Of a stretch of DNA of 64,000 bases, positions 1-9,487 are shown in pieces. The stretch spans positions 294,565 to 358,564 of the forward strand of contig CBFDCC010000001.1 in NCBI GenBank assembly GCA_965603205.1, in the 5' to 3' direction. Under the pieces are notes generated by a model. The model searched no databases, was not told the origin of the DNA, and worked only from the letters and a program-made list of their open reading frames with translations. How positions within the stretch are numbered: position 1 is the first letter of the stretch; each line of letters begins with the position of its first letter. The DNA comes from an uncultured Kordiimonas sp. (GTDB taxonomy: Bacteria > Pseudomonadota > Alphaproteobacteria > Sphingomonadales > Kordiimonadaceae). Both the position numbers and the translations under genes were made by a program.

Positions 1-1
1 T

Positions 2-637
2 GATTCGGAAGGTGAATTTGTCGCAACATCGGATGTTTTGCCAACAAAAGACCAAATAGAAGCAATTTTACATGCCTTCACAGGTGCTATAGAACAAACC
101 CCCCCTATATACTCTGCCATCAAGGTGGACGGCAAGCGATCTTACGATTTGGCCCGTCAAGGTGTAGACGTAGAGTTAAAGTCAAGAATTGTTAATATTC
201 AATCACTTAGCATTGTTTCACATGACGAAAACACTGCTCAAACTACACTAAAAGTTGACTGTGGTAAGGGCACATATATCCGCTCATTGGCCCGTGATAT
301 TGCCCTAAAATTGGGGTCTGTTGCCTATGTTATTTACCTGCGGCGTACACGTGTTGGACCTTTTGATGAAAATAATGCGATTTCACTGGAAAAACTTGAG
401 GACTTGAGCCATAGTGCGCCCGCTGTGGACTATATTGGTTCACTCATGACGGCACTAGACGACATCCCGGTGCTTGCCATTAGTGAAACAGAGGCGGCTC
501 TGATCAAACAAGGTCGGACGCTAACTCATCCAACAGCCAAGCAAGGAGTGCTGATTTTATTGCACGGGGATATCCCCATTGCCATAGCTGAAGCATCGGA
601 TGATATCATCCGGTCCCTGCGGGTCTTCAATATGTAA
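2..637 (+). CDS. truB: tRNA pseudouridine(55) synthase TruB, C-terminal part (5' end lies upstream of the window)
   Basis: Frame 2 is open from nt 2. The translation (...[22 protein letters not shown]...[14 protein letters not shown]...) is TruB-like, and the order truB-rpsO-pnp is canonical. Confidence 0.85.
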   Translation, partial: DSEGEFVATSDVLPTKDQIEAILHAFTGAIEQTPPIYSAIKVDGKRSYDLARQGVDVELKSRIVNIQSLSIVSHDENTAQTTLKVDCGKGTYIRSLARDIALKLGSVAYVIYLRRTRVGPFDENNAISLEKLEDLSHSAPAVDYIGSLMTALDDIPVLAISETEAALIKQGRTLTHPTAKQGVLILLHGDIPIAIAEASDDIIRSLRVFNM

Positions 638-659
638 CTTTAAATTAAGGAGAAGATCG

Positions 660-929
660 ATGTCGATTACTGCAGAGCGTAAAGCTGAGCTAATCAAAAA
701 ACACGCCGTTAATGAAGGCGATACTGGTTCACCAGAAGTACAGGTTTCTATACTGACTGACCGTATTGTAACGCTAACAGATCACTTTAAAGAGCACAAA
801 AAAGACAACCACTCACGTCGTGGTCTTTTAAAGATGGTTAACACGCGTCGTTCTCTTTTGGATTACCTAAAGAAAAAAGACGAAACACGTTACCAAGCTT
901 TGATTAAAAGCCTAGGTCTACGTAAGTAA
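660..929 (+). CDS. rpsO: 30S ribosomal protein S15
   Basis: 89 aa: [14 protein letters not shown]...[30 protein letters not shown] at 647-652 sits 7 nt before ATG 660. The TTG-600 start in the ORF track overlaps truB and is not needed. Confidence 0.95.
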   Translation: MSITAERKAELIKKHAVNEGDTGSPEVQVSILTDRIVTLTDHFKEHKKDNHSRRGLLKMVNTRRSLLDYLKKKDETRYQALIKSLGLRK

Positions 930-938
930 GAATTTGAA

Positions 939-967
939 CAGGGTTGGCGGATCGTCAGCCCTGTTTT
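939..967 (+). terminator. rho-independent terminator/attenuator after rpsO
   Basis: 10-bp stem CAGGGTTGGC / GTCAGCCCTG (two G-U pairs), loop GGATC, followed by TTTT at 964-967. Confidence 0.6.
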
Positions 968-1011
968 ACTAAGAACTTCTTTCTGTAAGATTTGGGGTTC
1001 TTTAAGAATTT

Positions 1012-1059
1012 AGGGAATAAATATTCCCTTATAGGACGCCAGCGATTAAGCTGGCTTTT
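1012..1059 (+). promoter_or_regulatory. two further stem-loops in the rpsO-pnp leader
   Basis: AGGGAATA-AA-TATTCCCT (1012-1029), then GCCAGC-GATTAA-GCTGGC followed by TTTT (1038-1059). They lie in the 284-nt leader of pnp. Confidence 0.45.
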
Positions 1060-1213
1060 CGTCTATTTATGACCCTGAAAAATATGGGTAAAATAGGCAG
1101 CCCAATATCCGAATGAGCGGCTATTGGTTATTTGAAGCGGGGCATGTGCCATAGGGGTATATGCCAGAGATAACATTAGAAATTATTAGAGTGATATCTC
1201 GGAAGGCTAGGAA

Positions 1214-3388
1214 ATGTTTGAAATACATCGCGAAGAAATAAATTGGGGCGGCACGACCCTAACACTAGAAACTGGACATATTGCACGCCAAGCCGGCGGT
1301 AGCATAATCGCTACTATGGGCGAGACATCTGTCCTTTGTGCTGTTGTTGGCTCTAAATCAATTAAGCCGGGTCAAGACTTCTTCCCACTAACTGTAAACT
1401 ATCAAGAAAAATATTATGCTGCGGGTAAAATTCCTGGCGGTTTCTTTAAGCGTGAAGCACGCCCATCTGAAAAAGAGACACTGACGAGCCGTTTGATCGA
1501 TCGTCCAGTACGTCCTCTATTCCCAGCAGATTTTAAAAACGAAGTACAGGTTACTTGTACTGTGATGAGCTATGACGGCGAAAACGAAGGCGACGTTGTT
1601 GCAATGATCGCAGCTTCTGCTGCTCTTGTAATCTCTGGCATGCCTTTCATGGGCCCAATTGCTTGTGCGCGTGTTGGTTACAAAGACGGCGAATATCTGC
1701 TGAACCCAACTGTTGAAGGTCTAAAAGAGAGCGATCTTGATCTTATGGTTGCTGGTACATCTGAAGCTGTTCTTATGGTTGAATCAGAAGCTAAAGAGCT
1801 TTCTGAAGATGTTATGCTTGGTGCTGTTATGTTCGGTCACGAGCAATCACAGCCTGTGATCGATATGATCATCAAGCTTGCTGAAAAAGCTGCTAAAGAG
1901 CCTTGGGTTCTTCCTGAAGTTGCTGATTGGTCAGCTGAGAAAGCTGAAATCGCTGGCATCGCTGGTGATGATCTTCGTGCTGCATATGGCATCAAGGTTA
2001 AGCAAGACCGCGTTGTGGCTATTAATGCTGCTAAGGCGAAAGTTGCTGCAGCATTTGAAGCGCGTCTTGGCGATGAAGCAAGTGCAGTTACATCAAACGT
2101 TGTTGGCGATCTTCTAAAGAAGCTTGAAAAAGAGATCGTTCGCGGTGACATCATTAAGACTAAGAGCCGTATTGATGGCCGTGGTCTAGCTGATGTTCGC
2201 GCTGTTGATGCAATGGTTGGCCGTCTGCCACGTACACACGGTTCTGCTGTGTTCACGCGCGGTGAGACACAGGCAATTGCTGTGACAACACTTGGTACAT
2301 CTGATGACGAGCAAATGATTGACGCGCTATCAGGTACGTATAAGTCTAACTTCATGTTGCATTATAACTTCCCTCCATATTCTGTTGGCGAGTGTGGCCG
2401 TACAGGTTTCACATCACGTCGTGAAATTGGTCATGGTAAGCTAGCATGGCGTGCGGTTCGCGCAGTATTACCTGCTGCTGCAGATTTCCCATACACAATC
2501 CGTATTGTGTCAGAGATCACTGAATCAAACGGTTCATCATCAATGGCGTCAGTTTGTGGTGCCTCTCTTTCAATGATGGACGCTGGTGTGCCACTAACAC
2601 GCCCAGTATCTGGTATTGCTATGGGTCTGATCAAAGAGGGCGATGATTTCGCTGTTCTTTCTGATATCCTTGGTGACGAAGATCATCTTGGCGACATGGA
2701 CTTTAAGGTTGCTGGTACATCTGAGGGTCTAACTGCATTGCAGATGGATATTAAGATTACGGGTATCACTAAAGAGATCATGCAGATTGCATTAGAGCAA
2801 GCCTCTGGTGGTCGTGCCTTTATCCTAGACGAGATGAACAAGTCTCTAACAGGTGCACGTACTGAAATGAGCGAGCATGCGCCGCGCATTGAAACAATGA
2901 AGATCAACACGGACAAAATCCGTGAAGTGATTGGTACTGGCGGTAAAGTGATCCGTGAAATCGTTGAAAAAACTGGTGCTAAAGTTAGCATCGAGGACGA
3001 TGGCACAATTAATATCGCTTCAAGCGACTCTGCTCAAATTGACGCAGCTAAAGCTTGGATTACAGGTATCGTTGCCGAAGCAGAAGTGGGTACTATCTAT
3101 AAAGGTAAAGTTGTTCGCATTATGGAATTTGGTGCATTCGTTAACTTCATGGGTTCAAAAGATGGCCTTGTGCATATCTCTGAGCTTAAAGAAGATCGCG
3201 TAGAAAAAGTAACCGACGTTGTTAACGAAGGTGACGAAGTATATGTGAAGTGTCTAGAGATTGATGGTCGTGGTAAGGTTCGCCTAAGCATGCGTGTTGT
3301 TGATCAAGCCACTGGCGAAGAAGATCCAAATGCAGCGCCACCTAAGCCTTCTGGTCCGCCAAAGGGTCGTGGTCCACGCCGCAACTAG
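1214..3388 (+). CDS. pnp: polyribonucleotide nucleotidyltransferase (PNPase)
   Basis: 724 aa with two RNase PH-like halves, then KH and S1 regions (...[20 protein letters not shown]...) and a basic tail. Synteny with rpsO. Confidence 0.95.
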   Translation: MFEIHREEINWGGTTLTLETGHIARQAGGSIIATMGETSVLCAVVGSKSIKPGQDFFPLTVNYQEKYYAAGKIPGGFFKREARPSEKETLTSRLIDRPVRPLFPADFKNEVQVTCTVMSYDGENEGDVVAMIAASAALVISGMPFMGPIACARVGYKDGEYLLNPTVEGLKESDLDLMVAGTSEAVLMVESEAKELSEDVMLGAVMFGHEQSQPVIDMIIKLAEKAAKEPWVLPEVADWSAEKAEIAGIAGDDLRAAYGIKVKQDRVVAINAAKAKVAAAFEARLGDEASAVTSNVVGDLLKKLEKEIVRGDIIKTKSRIDGRGLADVRAVDAMVGRLPRTHGSAVFTRGETQAIAVTTLGTSDDEQMIDALSGTYKSNFMLHYNFPPYSVGECGRTGFTSRREIGHGKLAWRAVRAVLPAAADFPYTIRIVSEITESNGSSSMASVCGASLSMMDAGVPLTRPVSGIAMGLIKEGDDFAVLSDILGDEDHLGDMDFKVAGTSEGLTALQMDIKITGITKEIMQIALEQASGGRAFILDEMNKSLTGARTEMSEHAPRIETMKINTDKIREVIGTGGKVIREIVEKTGAKVSIEDDGTINIASSDSAQIDAAKAWITGIVAEAEVGTIYKGKVVRIMEFGAFVNFMGSKDGLVHISELKEDRVEKVTDVVNEGDEVYVKCLEIDGRGKVRLSMRVVDQATGEEDPNAAPPKPSGPPKGRGPRRN

Positions 3389-3403
3389 ATCTATCTGAAA
3401 ATA

Positions 3404-3440
3404 AGAAACTGGCATGTGTTTAATACATTTGCCAGTTTCT
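3404..3440 (+). terminator. pnp terminator
   Basis: AGAAACTGGC (3404-3413) pairs perfectly with GCCAGTTTCT (3431-3440). There is an inner ATGT/ACAT extension and a T-rich tail (TATTATTGTT). Confidence 0.7.
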
Positions 3441-3475
3441 ATTATTGTTACTTATTCCTTGTTTCGGAGTTAACT

Positions 3476-4867
3476 ATGGCCATTATTAATCCCATAAAAT
3501 TGGGTGGCAAAGAAATATTGCCGCTTGTTGAAGGTGGTAAAGGTGTTGCATTATCAACGGGCGCTAGCTCTGGCCCTTGGGCTGCGGCGGGCGGTGTTGG
3601 TACTATCTCGGCTGTGATTGCAGATGAATATCACGCTGATGGTAGTATTGTTGGGCATGATTATAAGGGTAAAACCCGTCGTGATCGTCACAATGAAATG
3701 ATCGACTATTGTATCAATGGTACAATAGCTCAGGTTAAAAAGGCTTGGGAAATCTCAAAAGGCGAAGGGTTGATTAACCTGAATATGCTTTGGGAACTGG
3801 GCGGCGCACAACAGTCACTCCACGGTATTTTAGAAAAGACTAAAGGCATGGTTCACGGCGTCACATGTGGCGCGGGTATGCCCTTTAAACTGGCCGAGCT
3901 AACGGCGCAGTACGGTGTGCATTACTATCCTATTATCTCTTCAGGTCGTGCGTTCAAGCTGCTTTGGATGCGGGCCTTTAAAAAGTTTGCTGATATGCTT
4001 GGCGGCGTTGTTTATGAAGATCCGTGGTTGGCGGGTGGTCATAACGGTTTATCGAACGCAGAAGATCCAAATCAGCCAGGTGATCCCTATCCACGCGTGC
4101 TAGAGCTACGCCAAATCATGACGAAACTTGGCCTAGGCCATGTGCCGATCATTATGGCTGGTGGTGTTTGGAACCTCAAAGAGTGGAAAGACTGGATCGA
4201 TAACCCAGAACTTGGCCCTATCATGTTCCAGTTTGGTACGCGCCCGCTTGTCACCAAGGAAAGCGAAATTTCTGACGAGTGGAAACGCCGCTTAATGGGT
4301 CTCAAAGATGGTGACGTCCTATTACAGAACTTTTCTCCAACTGGTTTTTATTCTAGTGCTGTTGAAAATGATTATATCAAAGAACTTGTGGGCCGTAATG
4401 CCCGTCAAATTCCATTCTCACCAAAGCAAACTGAAGACAGTAATGTACTGTTAGAGGTTGACCGTAAGAAATATTGGGTTGATTCAGCAGCAAAAACTAA
4501 GGCTGATAACTGGATAGCAGCGGGTTTTGTTAAGGCCATGAAAACGCCTGATGATACGCTGATCTTCACAGATGTGGAAAAATGTGCTGAAATTCGCCAG
4601 ATCCAATCTGATTGTGTTGGTTGCCTTAGCCAGTGTCGTTTCTCTAGCTGGGCCGATAATGAAAAGAACTCAACGGGCCGTCTTGCTGACCCTCGCAGTT
4701 TTTGTATTCAAAACACGCTTGATTCTATCGCACATGGTGGCAGCCTAGATAACAATCTGATGTTTGCTGGGCATAACGCCTATCGTTTCGGGTCCGATCC
4801 ATTTTATTCAAATGGTTTTATCCCAACGGTAAAACAGCTTGTTGATCGGATTATGGAAGGCGATTAA
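3476..4867 (+). CDS. nitronate monooxygenase / 2-nitropropane dioxygenase-like FMN oxidoreductase (long form)
   Basis: 463 aa from ATG 3476, with GGAG at 3466-3469. The TTG-3416 start lies inside the pnp terminator hairpin. The N-terminal pattern (...PLVEGGKGVALS...VTCGAGMP...IIMAGGVW...) resembles the NMO/NPD fold. Family assigned by eye only. Confidence 0.5.
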   Translation: MAIINPIKLGGKEILPLVEGGKGVALSTGASSGPWAAAGGVGTISAVIADEYHADGSIVGHDYKGKTRRDRHNEMIDYCINGTIAQVKKAWEISKGEGLINLNMLWELGGAQQSLHGILEKTKGMVHGVTCGAGMPFKLAELTAQYGVHYYPIISSGRAFKLLWMRAFKKFADMLGGVVYEDPWLAGGHNGLSNAEDPNQPGDPYPRVLELRQIMTKLGLGHVPIIMAGGVWNLKEWKDWIDNPELGPIMFQFGTRPLVTKESEISDEWKRRLMGLKDGDVLLQNFSPTGFYSSAVENDYIKELVGRNARQIPFSPKQTEDSNVLLEVDRKKYWVDSAAKTKADNWIAAGFVKAMKTPDDTLIFTDVEKCAEIRQIQSDCVGCLSQCRFSSWADNEKNSTGRLADPRSFCIQNTLDSIAHGGSLDNNLMFAGHNAYRFGSDPFYSNGFIPTVKQLVDRIMEGD

Positions 4868-4896
4868 ATCGCCGCGTACTGATTAAGAATTTTAAA

Positions 4897-4924
4897 GGGC
4901 TGCACAATCGTGTGGCCCTTTTTT
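4897..4924. terminator. terminator hairpin between convergent genes
   Basis: GGGC-TG-CACA / TGTG-GCCC stem with loop ATCG, then TTTTTT (4919-4924). Confidence 0.5.
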
Positions 4925-4938
4925 GTCATGTGTAAAAC

Positions 4939-5406
4939 TTACAGATCCCGCGCCATATAGACCACATCGTCTTCGGGGTTGAAGTTGTATGGTTCAATTT
5001 CGGTGAAGCCGAGGCTCTTATATAATTTTACCGCCGGCTCTAGGCGGCGCAGGCTATCAAGCACCATTGAAGCATAGCCAAAACCCTTAGCGCGCTTCAT
5101 CAGGTCAAGGCTGAGTGCGCGCCCAATTCCTTTGCCTAGGCCCAAAGGTCGTACAAACAGACGCTTCATCTCGCAGCAGCCCTCGCTATGGGGCTTGCAT
5201 GCAACAGCACCTATAGGGTTGCCCTCAAGCTTGGCGAGCAGCAGAAAATCATAGCCCGTCGGGAATGTAGCCATTTCATCGTCAAAGCCCTGAAAATCTA
5301 GCGGGATAGGTAGGCCCTCTGCATATTCTCTAAAGAGCACCTTTACGGTTTCAATGTCTTCTGGTGATGTTGCAACCTCAATCGTCAGGCTCATCATGCT
5401 TGCCAT
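4939..5406 (-). CDS. GNAT family N-acetyltransferase
   Basis: 155 aa with the acetyl-CoA motif region ...RLFVRPLGLGKGIGRALSLDLMKRAK... Confidence 0.7.
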   Translation of the reverse strand: MASMMSLTIEVATSPEDIETVKVLFREYAEGLPIPLDFQGFDDEMATFPTGYDFLLLAKLEGNPIGAVACKPHSEGCCEMKRLFVRPLGLGKGIGRALSLDLMKRAKGFGYASMVLDSLRRLEPAVKLYKSLGFTEIEPYNFNPEDDVVYMARDL

Positions 5407-5882
5407 TCCATATAGACATCAGCGCGGTCGTATAGCGCAGGCTCAGGTCGGTCCATATGCTTAAAATTCAGTCGCTCATAGATGCGGATGGCATCGGGTA
5501 AGATTGAATTTGTATCGAGATAAAGTTTTTTACCCTTCAGCGCCTGAAAGCGCTCAATCACTTTGACACAGAGCGCACGCCCCATGCCGCATTTTTGCAC
5601 CGATGGATCAACACCAAGCTTTGTTAGCTCAAAGACGCCATCGCCGTCATGCTTGAGCGCCACAGCCCCAACAGCCTTACCGTCGATAATTGCAAAGTAT
5701 ATTTCACCACCTGTTTTGAGAATTTTGTCTTCAGGGTTGCTCAGATAAAGCTCATCAATAGGCTCAACGACAAAATACTTAGCGACCCAAGCATAGTTAA
5801 GGTCATAAAAGGCCTGTTTATAGCGCGGGGCATAGCTGCAAATTTCAAAGGGCTGATTGTTTTGTTGAACTGATTCACTCAT
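5394..5882 (-). CDS. GNAT family N-acetyltransferase
   Basis: 162 aa with ...LGVDPSVQKCGMGRALCVKVIERF... Its 3' end overlaps the next GNAT gene by 13 nt. Confidence 0.7.
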   Translation of the reverse strand: MSESVQQNNQPFEICSYAPRYKQAFYDLNYAWVAKYFVVEPIDELYLSNPEDKILKTGGEIYFAIIDGKAVGAVALKHDGDGVFELTKLGVDPSVQKCGMGRALCVKVIERFQALKGKKLYLDTNSILPDAIRIYERLNFKHMDRPEPALYDRADVYMEWQA

Positions 5883-5942
5883 GGCTAATTCTTCCCAAAT
5901 AGGATGGTGTAGATGATATCGCTATAGGTGGTGGCGGTGCGT

Positions 5943-6449
5943 TTAATCAAAAACTTCGTGATTATAAACGCCCCAAAGATTCTTTTTTGTAATCCAGCCT
6001 TTTGTGCCTTTAATCTCTAGGACGCACCAATTTTTTTCGCATTCAATCAATTTACCAACCACACCTTCGTCGGCGATGATGCTAGCAGGGGCAAGCTTGT
6101 TCTTGGCTGTGAATAACGGATGCGTGCCACCCTTGACCATACCTGTGCGTTTGCCAGATAGTAGCGAGACTAGCATCCATCCCTCTGCGCCCTCGTGATC
6201 CTTGACCTTGCGCCAAGGGCCATTTTCGTCGATCACTTCAAGGGGTAGAGTCTTGCGAGAGAAAACCCAATCGATGGGGTATTGTCTGCCGGGGCCAGTA
6301 CGCATATAGGCCTTTGTCGCGGCGATAGAGACGAATCGCGGTAGTGGGTTACCAGAGGCGCCTACTTTGCCGGCTGCATGTGATACTGTGCTAGGCAAAA
6401 ACATGCAAACCACGGCAAAAGCTTTAAGATATTGTCTCATCCGCATCAA
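5943..6449 (-). CDS. secreted SH3-like (DUF1058-type) domain protein
   Basis: 168 aa with an N-terminal signal peptide (...CMFLPSTVSHAAG) and an SH3b-like pattern (...YMRTGPGRQYPIDWVF...PWRKVKDHEGAEGWM...). Confidence 0.55.
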   Translation of the reverse strand: MMRMRQYLKAFAVVCMFLPSTVSHAAGKVGASGNPLPRFVSIAATKAYMRTGPGRQYPIDWVFSRKTLPLEVIDENGPWRKVKDHEGAEGWMLVSLLSGKRTGMVKGGTHPLFTAKNKLAPASIIADEGVVGKLIECEKNWCVLEIKGTKGWITKKNLWGVYNHEVFD

Positions 6450-6627
6450 TAGTATCCCTCATCGTGATGTAGCGTCACTTTATAACGCAATTAAGTGTAA
6501 CAGAGTTTGCCTAAACTAGCCTTGTCTGTTAGATAACCAAACTAACTTTATATGCTAGTGTAATTCAAGTCCTAAAGGAATTATCTAGGCTATAAAATAA
6601 TTAGGGTGAGTTTAGAAAAGATTACCA

Positions 6628-7614
6628 ATGACTGAGCGTAATAAAAATAAACCATTAGTGATTGTCACGCGCAAGCTGCCCCAGTCTATTGAGACACGGA
6701 TGGCGGCGCTGTTTGATGTGCGGCTAAACGCCGACGACACGCCTTTTACCAAGGATCAACTTATTGCGGCTGTGGGCGCGGCGGATGTGCTGGTACCCAC
6801 GGTTACAGATGTGATTGACGCTGATGTGATTAATGCGGCGGGTGATAGGTTGCAGCTCATTGCTAATTTTGGCGCTGGGGTTAATCACATTGATTTAAAT
6901 GCTGCCGCTGCGCGCAAACTTAATGTTACAAACACACCCGGTGTGCTCACCAACGATACGGCTGATCTGGCTATGTCACTGCTACTATCTGTGCCGCGAC
7001 GTATTTTTGAGGGTGAGAAGATCCTGCGTGACGGCGCTTGGACTGGTTGGGCACCAACATTTTTACTTGGCCACCGCGTTACGGGTAAAAAACTGGGTAT
7101 CATCGGTATGGGTCGTATTGGTCGCGCTGTGGCAAAACGGGCCGCTGCTTTTGATATCACGGTCTATTACCATAACCGCACGCGCTTGCCTGCCGATATT
7201 GAGGCAGAGCTTAATGTTGTTTACTGCCCTGATCTAGATGAAATGCTGATGGATATGGATTTCGTATCGGTCAATTGCCCGTTGACAGATGATACATACC
7301 ACCTATTGGATCATGCCCGTATGTCCAAGATGCAATCCCACACGATTATAATCAATACTGCACGCGGTGAAATCATTGACGAGGGTGCGCTGGCTGATCT
7401 GCTAGAGGCTGGAAAATTGGCTGGGGCTGGTCTAGATGTTTTTGAGGGCGAGCCAACGATAAACCCTAAACTGCTAAAGCTTGATAATGTTGTACTTGTT
7501 CCCCATATGGGTAGCGGTACGCAAGAAGGCCGCGTTGGTATGGGTGACAAGGTACTGATCAATATTCAAACTTATGTGGATGGGCATCGCCCTCCTGATA
7601 GAGTTTTGTTATAA
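6628..7614 (+). CDS. D-isomer-specific 2-hydroxyacid dehydrogenase (glyoxylate/hydroxypyruvate reductase type)
   Basis: 328 aa with the NAD fold GKKLGIIGMGRIGRAVAKR and the catalytic region ...INTARGEIIDE...VPHMGSGT... Confidence 0.85.
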   Translation: MTERNKNKPLVIVTRKLPQSIETRMAALFDVRLNADDTPFTKDQLIAAVGAADVLVPTVTDVIDADVINAAGDRLQLIANFGAGVNHIDLNAAAARKLNVTNTPGVLTNDTADLAMSLLLSVPRRIFEGEKILRDGAWTGWAPTFLLGHRVTGKKLGIIGMGRIGRAVAKRAAAFDITVYYHNRTRLPADIEAELNVVYCPDLDEMLMDMDFVSVNCPLTDDTYHLLDHARMSKMQSHTIIINTARGEIIDEGALADLLEAGKLAGAGLDVFEGEPTINPKLLKLDNVVLVPHMGSGTQEGRVGMGDKVLINIQTYVDGHRPPDRVLL

Positions 7615-7682
7615 ATTTCGATAATATTAACACGTAAAACCAAAGAAAAGCCGCCTGTATTAAACAGAGTGCTGAGTTTAAA

Positions 7683-9485
7683 ATGACTGATTTAAAACAT
7701 ATTCGTAACTTCTCTATTGTTGCACATATTGACCATGGTAAATCAACCCTTGCGGATCGGATGATCCAAACAACAGGTGGTTTGGCTGAGCGTGATATGA
7801 AACAGCAGGTGCTGGATAATATGGATATCGAGCGAGAGCGCGGTATTACCATTAAAGCACAAACTGTGCGGTTGGAATATAAGGCGAGAGACGGCGAAAC
7901 ATATATCCTAAACTTGATGGATACACCAGGTCACGTGGATTTTGCCTATGAGGTTAGTCGTTGTCTTGCTGCCTGCGAAGGATCAATCCTTGTAGTTGAC
8001 GCAAGCCAAGGTGTTGAGGCTCAAACGCTGGCTAACGTTTATCAGGCTATTGATAATAACCATGACATCGTGCCAGTGCTCAACAAAATTGATTTACCAG
8101 CCGCCGAGCCTGCGCGTGTGCGTCAGCAGATCGAAGATGTTATTGGTATTGATGCGTCTGATGCCGTTGAATGCTCTGCAAAGTCAGGTATTGGTATCGA
8201 AGATGTTTTAGAAAAGATTGTGACCGACCTACCAGCCCCTGTGGGCGACCGTGACGCACCGCTAAAGGCGATGTTGGTTGATAGTTGGTATGATGCTTAT
8301 TTAGGCGTGATGGTGCTCGTGCGTGTGATTGACGGCGTTATTAAAAAGGGCATGACGGTTGAGATGATGGCCAAAGGTACGCAGCATAAAATTGACCGTG
8401 TAGGTGTGTTTACACCTGAAAGCACCATGGTTAAGGAACTTGGCCCCGGTGAGGTTGGTTTTATCACTGCCTCAATCAAAGAAGTGGCTGATACCAATGT
8501 AGGTGACACGGTGACAGAGGCTAAGCGTCACTGCGCTGAGGCACTACCAGGTTTTAAGCCTAGCCAGTCTGTAGTTTTCTGTGGACTGTTCCCAGCGGAC
8601 GCGTCTGAATTTGAGCGTTTGCGTGACGCGCTGGCGAAGTTGCGCCTTAATGACGCAAGTTTTGAATTTGAGGCTGAAAGTTCAGCCGCTCTTGGTTTTG
8701 GCTATCGCTGTGGTTTCCTTGGTATGTTGCACCTTGAGATTATTCAAGAGAGGCTTTGGCGTGAGTTTGATCTAGAGCTGATCACCACAAGCCCAAGTGT
8801 TATTTATAAAATGTATATGAATGATGGCACCATGCTTGAGATGCATAACCCTGCTGATATGCCCGATGTAACACGCATTAAGCATATCGAAGAACCATGG
8901 ATTGATGCAACTATTTTGGTGCCGGATGATTATCTGGGGGCAGTGCTCAAATTATGCCAAGACAAGCGCGGCATTCAAAATGACCTTACCTATGTCGGCT
9001 CTCGTGCGATGCTTAAATATCGTCTGCCGCTTAACGAGGTTGTTTATGATTTTTATGATCGCCTGAAATCTATCTCAAGAGGTTACGCTAGTTTAGACTA
9101 TGAAATCGCTGATTATGAAGAATCTGACCTTGTGAAGCTGTCGATTCTTGTGAATGCTGAAAGTGTGGACGCGCTGGCAATGCTTGTCCACCGCAGTCAG
9201 GCCGATAATCGTGGCCGCGCTTTATGTGACAGATTAAAAGATTTGATCCCACGCGCTCTGTTTAAAATTCCTATTCAGGCGGCGATCGGCGGCAAGGTTA
9301 TAGCCAGAGAGACTATTTCGGCCATGCGTAAGGACGTAACTGCAAAATGCTACGGCGGTGATATTACCCGTAAGAAAAAGCTGCTAGAGAAACAGAAAAA
9401 AGGTAAAGCTAAGATGCGTACATACGGCAAGGTAGAAATACCGCATAGCGCCTTTATCGAAGCCTTGAAGATGAAAGACACGTAA
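7683..9485 (+). CDS. lepA: translation elongation factor 4 (LepA)
   Basis: 600 aa: [20 protein letters not shown]...DTPGHVDF...NKIDLP, with the LepA-specific C-terminal region. Confidence 0.95.
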   Translation: MTDLKHIRNFSIVAHIDHGKSTLADRMIQTTGGLAERDMKQQVLDNMDIERERGITIKAQTVRLEYKARDGETYILNLMDTPGHVDFAYEVSRCLAACEGSILVVDASQGVEAQTLANVYQAIDNNHDIVPVLNKIDLPAAEPARVRQQIEDVIGIDASDAVECSAKSGIGIEDVLEKIVTDLPAPVGDRDAPLKAMLVDSWYDAYLGVMVLVRVIDGVIKKGMTVEMMAKGTQHKIDRVGVFTPESTMVKELGPGEVGFITASIKEVADTNVGDTVTEAKRHCAEALPGFKPSQSVVFCGLFPADASEFERLRDALAKLRLNDASFEFEAESSAALGFGYRCGFLGMLHLEIIQERLWREFDLELITTSPSVIYKMYMNDGTMLEMHNPADMPDVTRIKHIEEPWIDATILVPDDYLGAVLKLCQDKRGIQNDLTYVGSRAMLKYRLPLNEVVYDFYDRLKSISRGYASLDYEIADYEESDLVKLSILVNAESVDALAMLVHRSQADNRGRALCDRLKDLIPRALFKIPIQAAIGGKVIARETISAMRKDVTAKCYGGDITRKKKLLEKQKKGKAKMRTYGKVEIPHSAFIEALKMKDT

Positions 9486-9487
9486 AA

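Noticed and set aside
600-659. N-terminal extensions suggested by the ORF track: rpsO from 600, the 3416 start, trxA from 49747, the 50259 start, pspA from 19426, pspC from 20421, and MerR from 62172.
   Set aside because: The extensions overlap upstream genes or terminator hairpins, or contain the SD of a downstream ATG. The downstream ATGs give canonical protein N-termini.
1837-2355. 172-aa antisense ORF inside pnp. Similar long antisense ORFs occur at 43782-44546 and 44559-44912 (in addB), 48271-48801 (in addA), 35113-35538 (opposite the EIIA gene), 13601-14101, 51459-51974, and elsewhere.
   Set aside because: Each is fully embedded opposite a confidently identified conserved gene. Their translations are low-complexity and Ser/Arg/Ala/Pro-rich, with no recognisable family. 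These are typical shadow ORFs.
4939-5882. Tandem overlapping GNAT genes as a possible GNAT-toxin/antitoxin module.
   Set aside because: There is no small RHH/HTH antitoxin partner, both products are ordinary-length GNATs, and the arrangement is simply two paralogous acetyltransferases.
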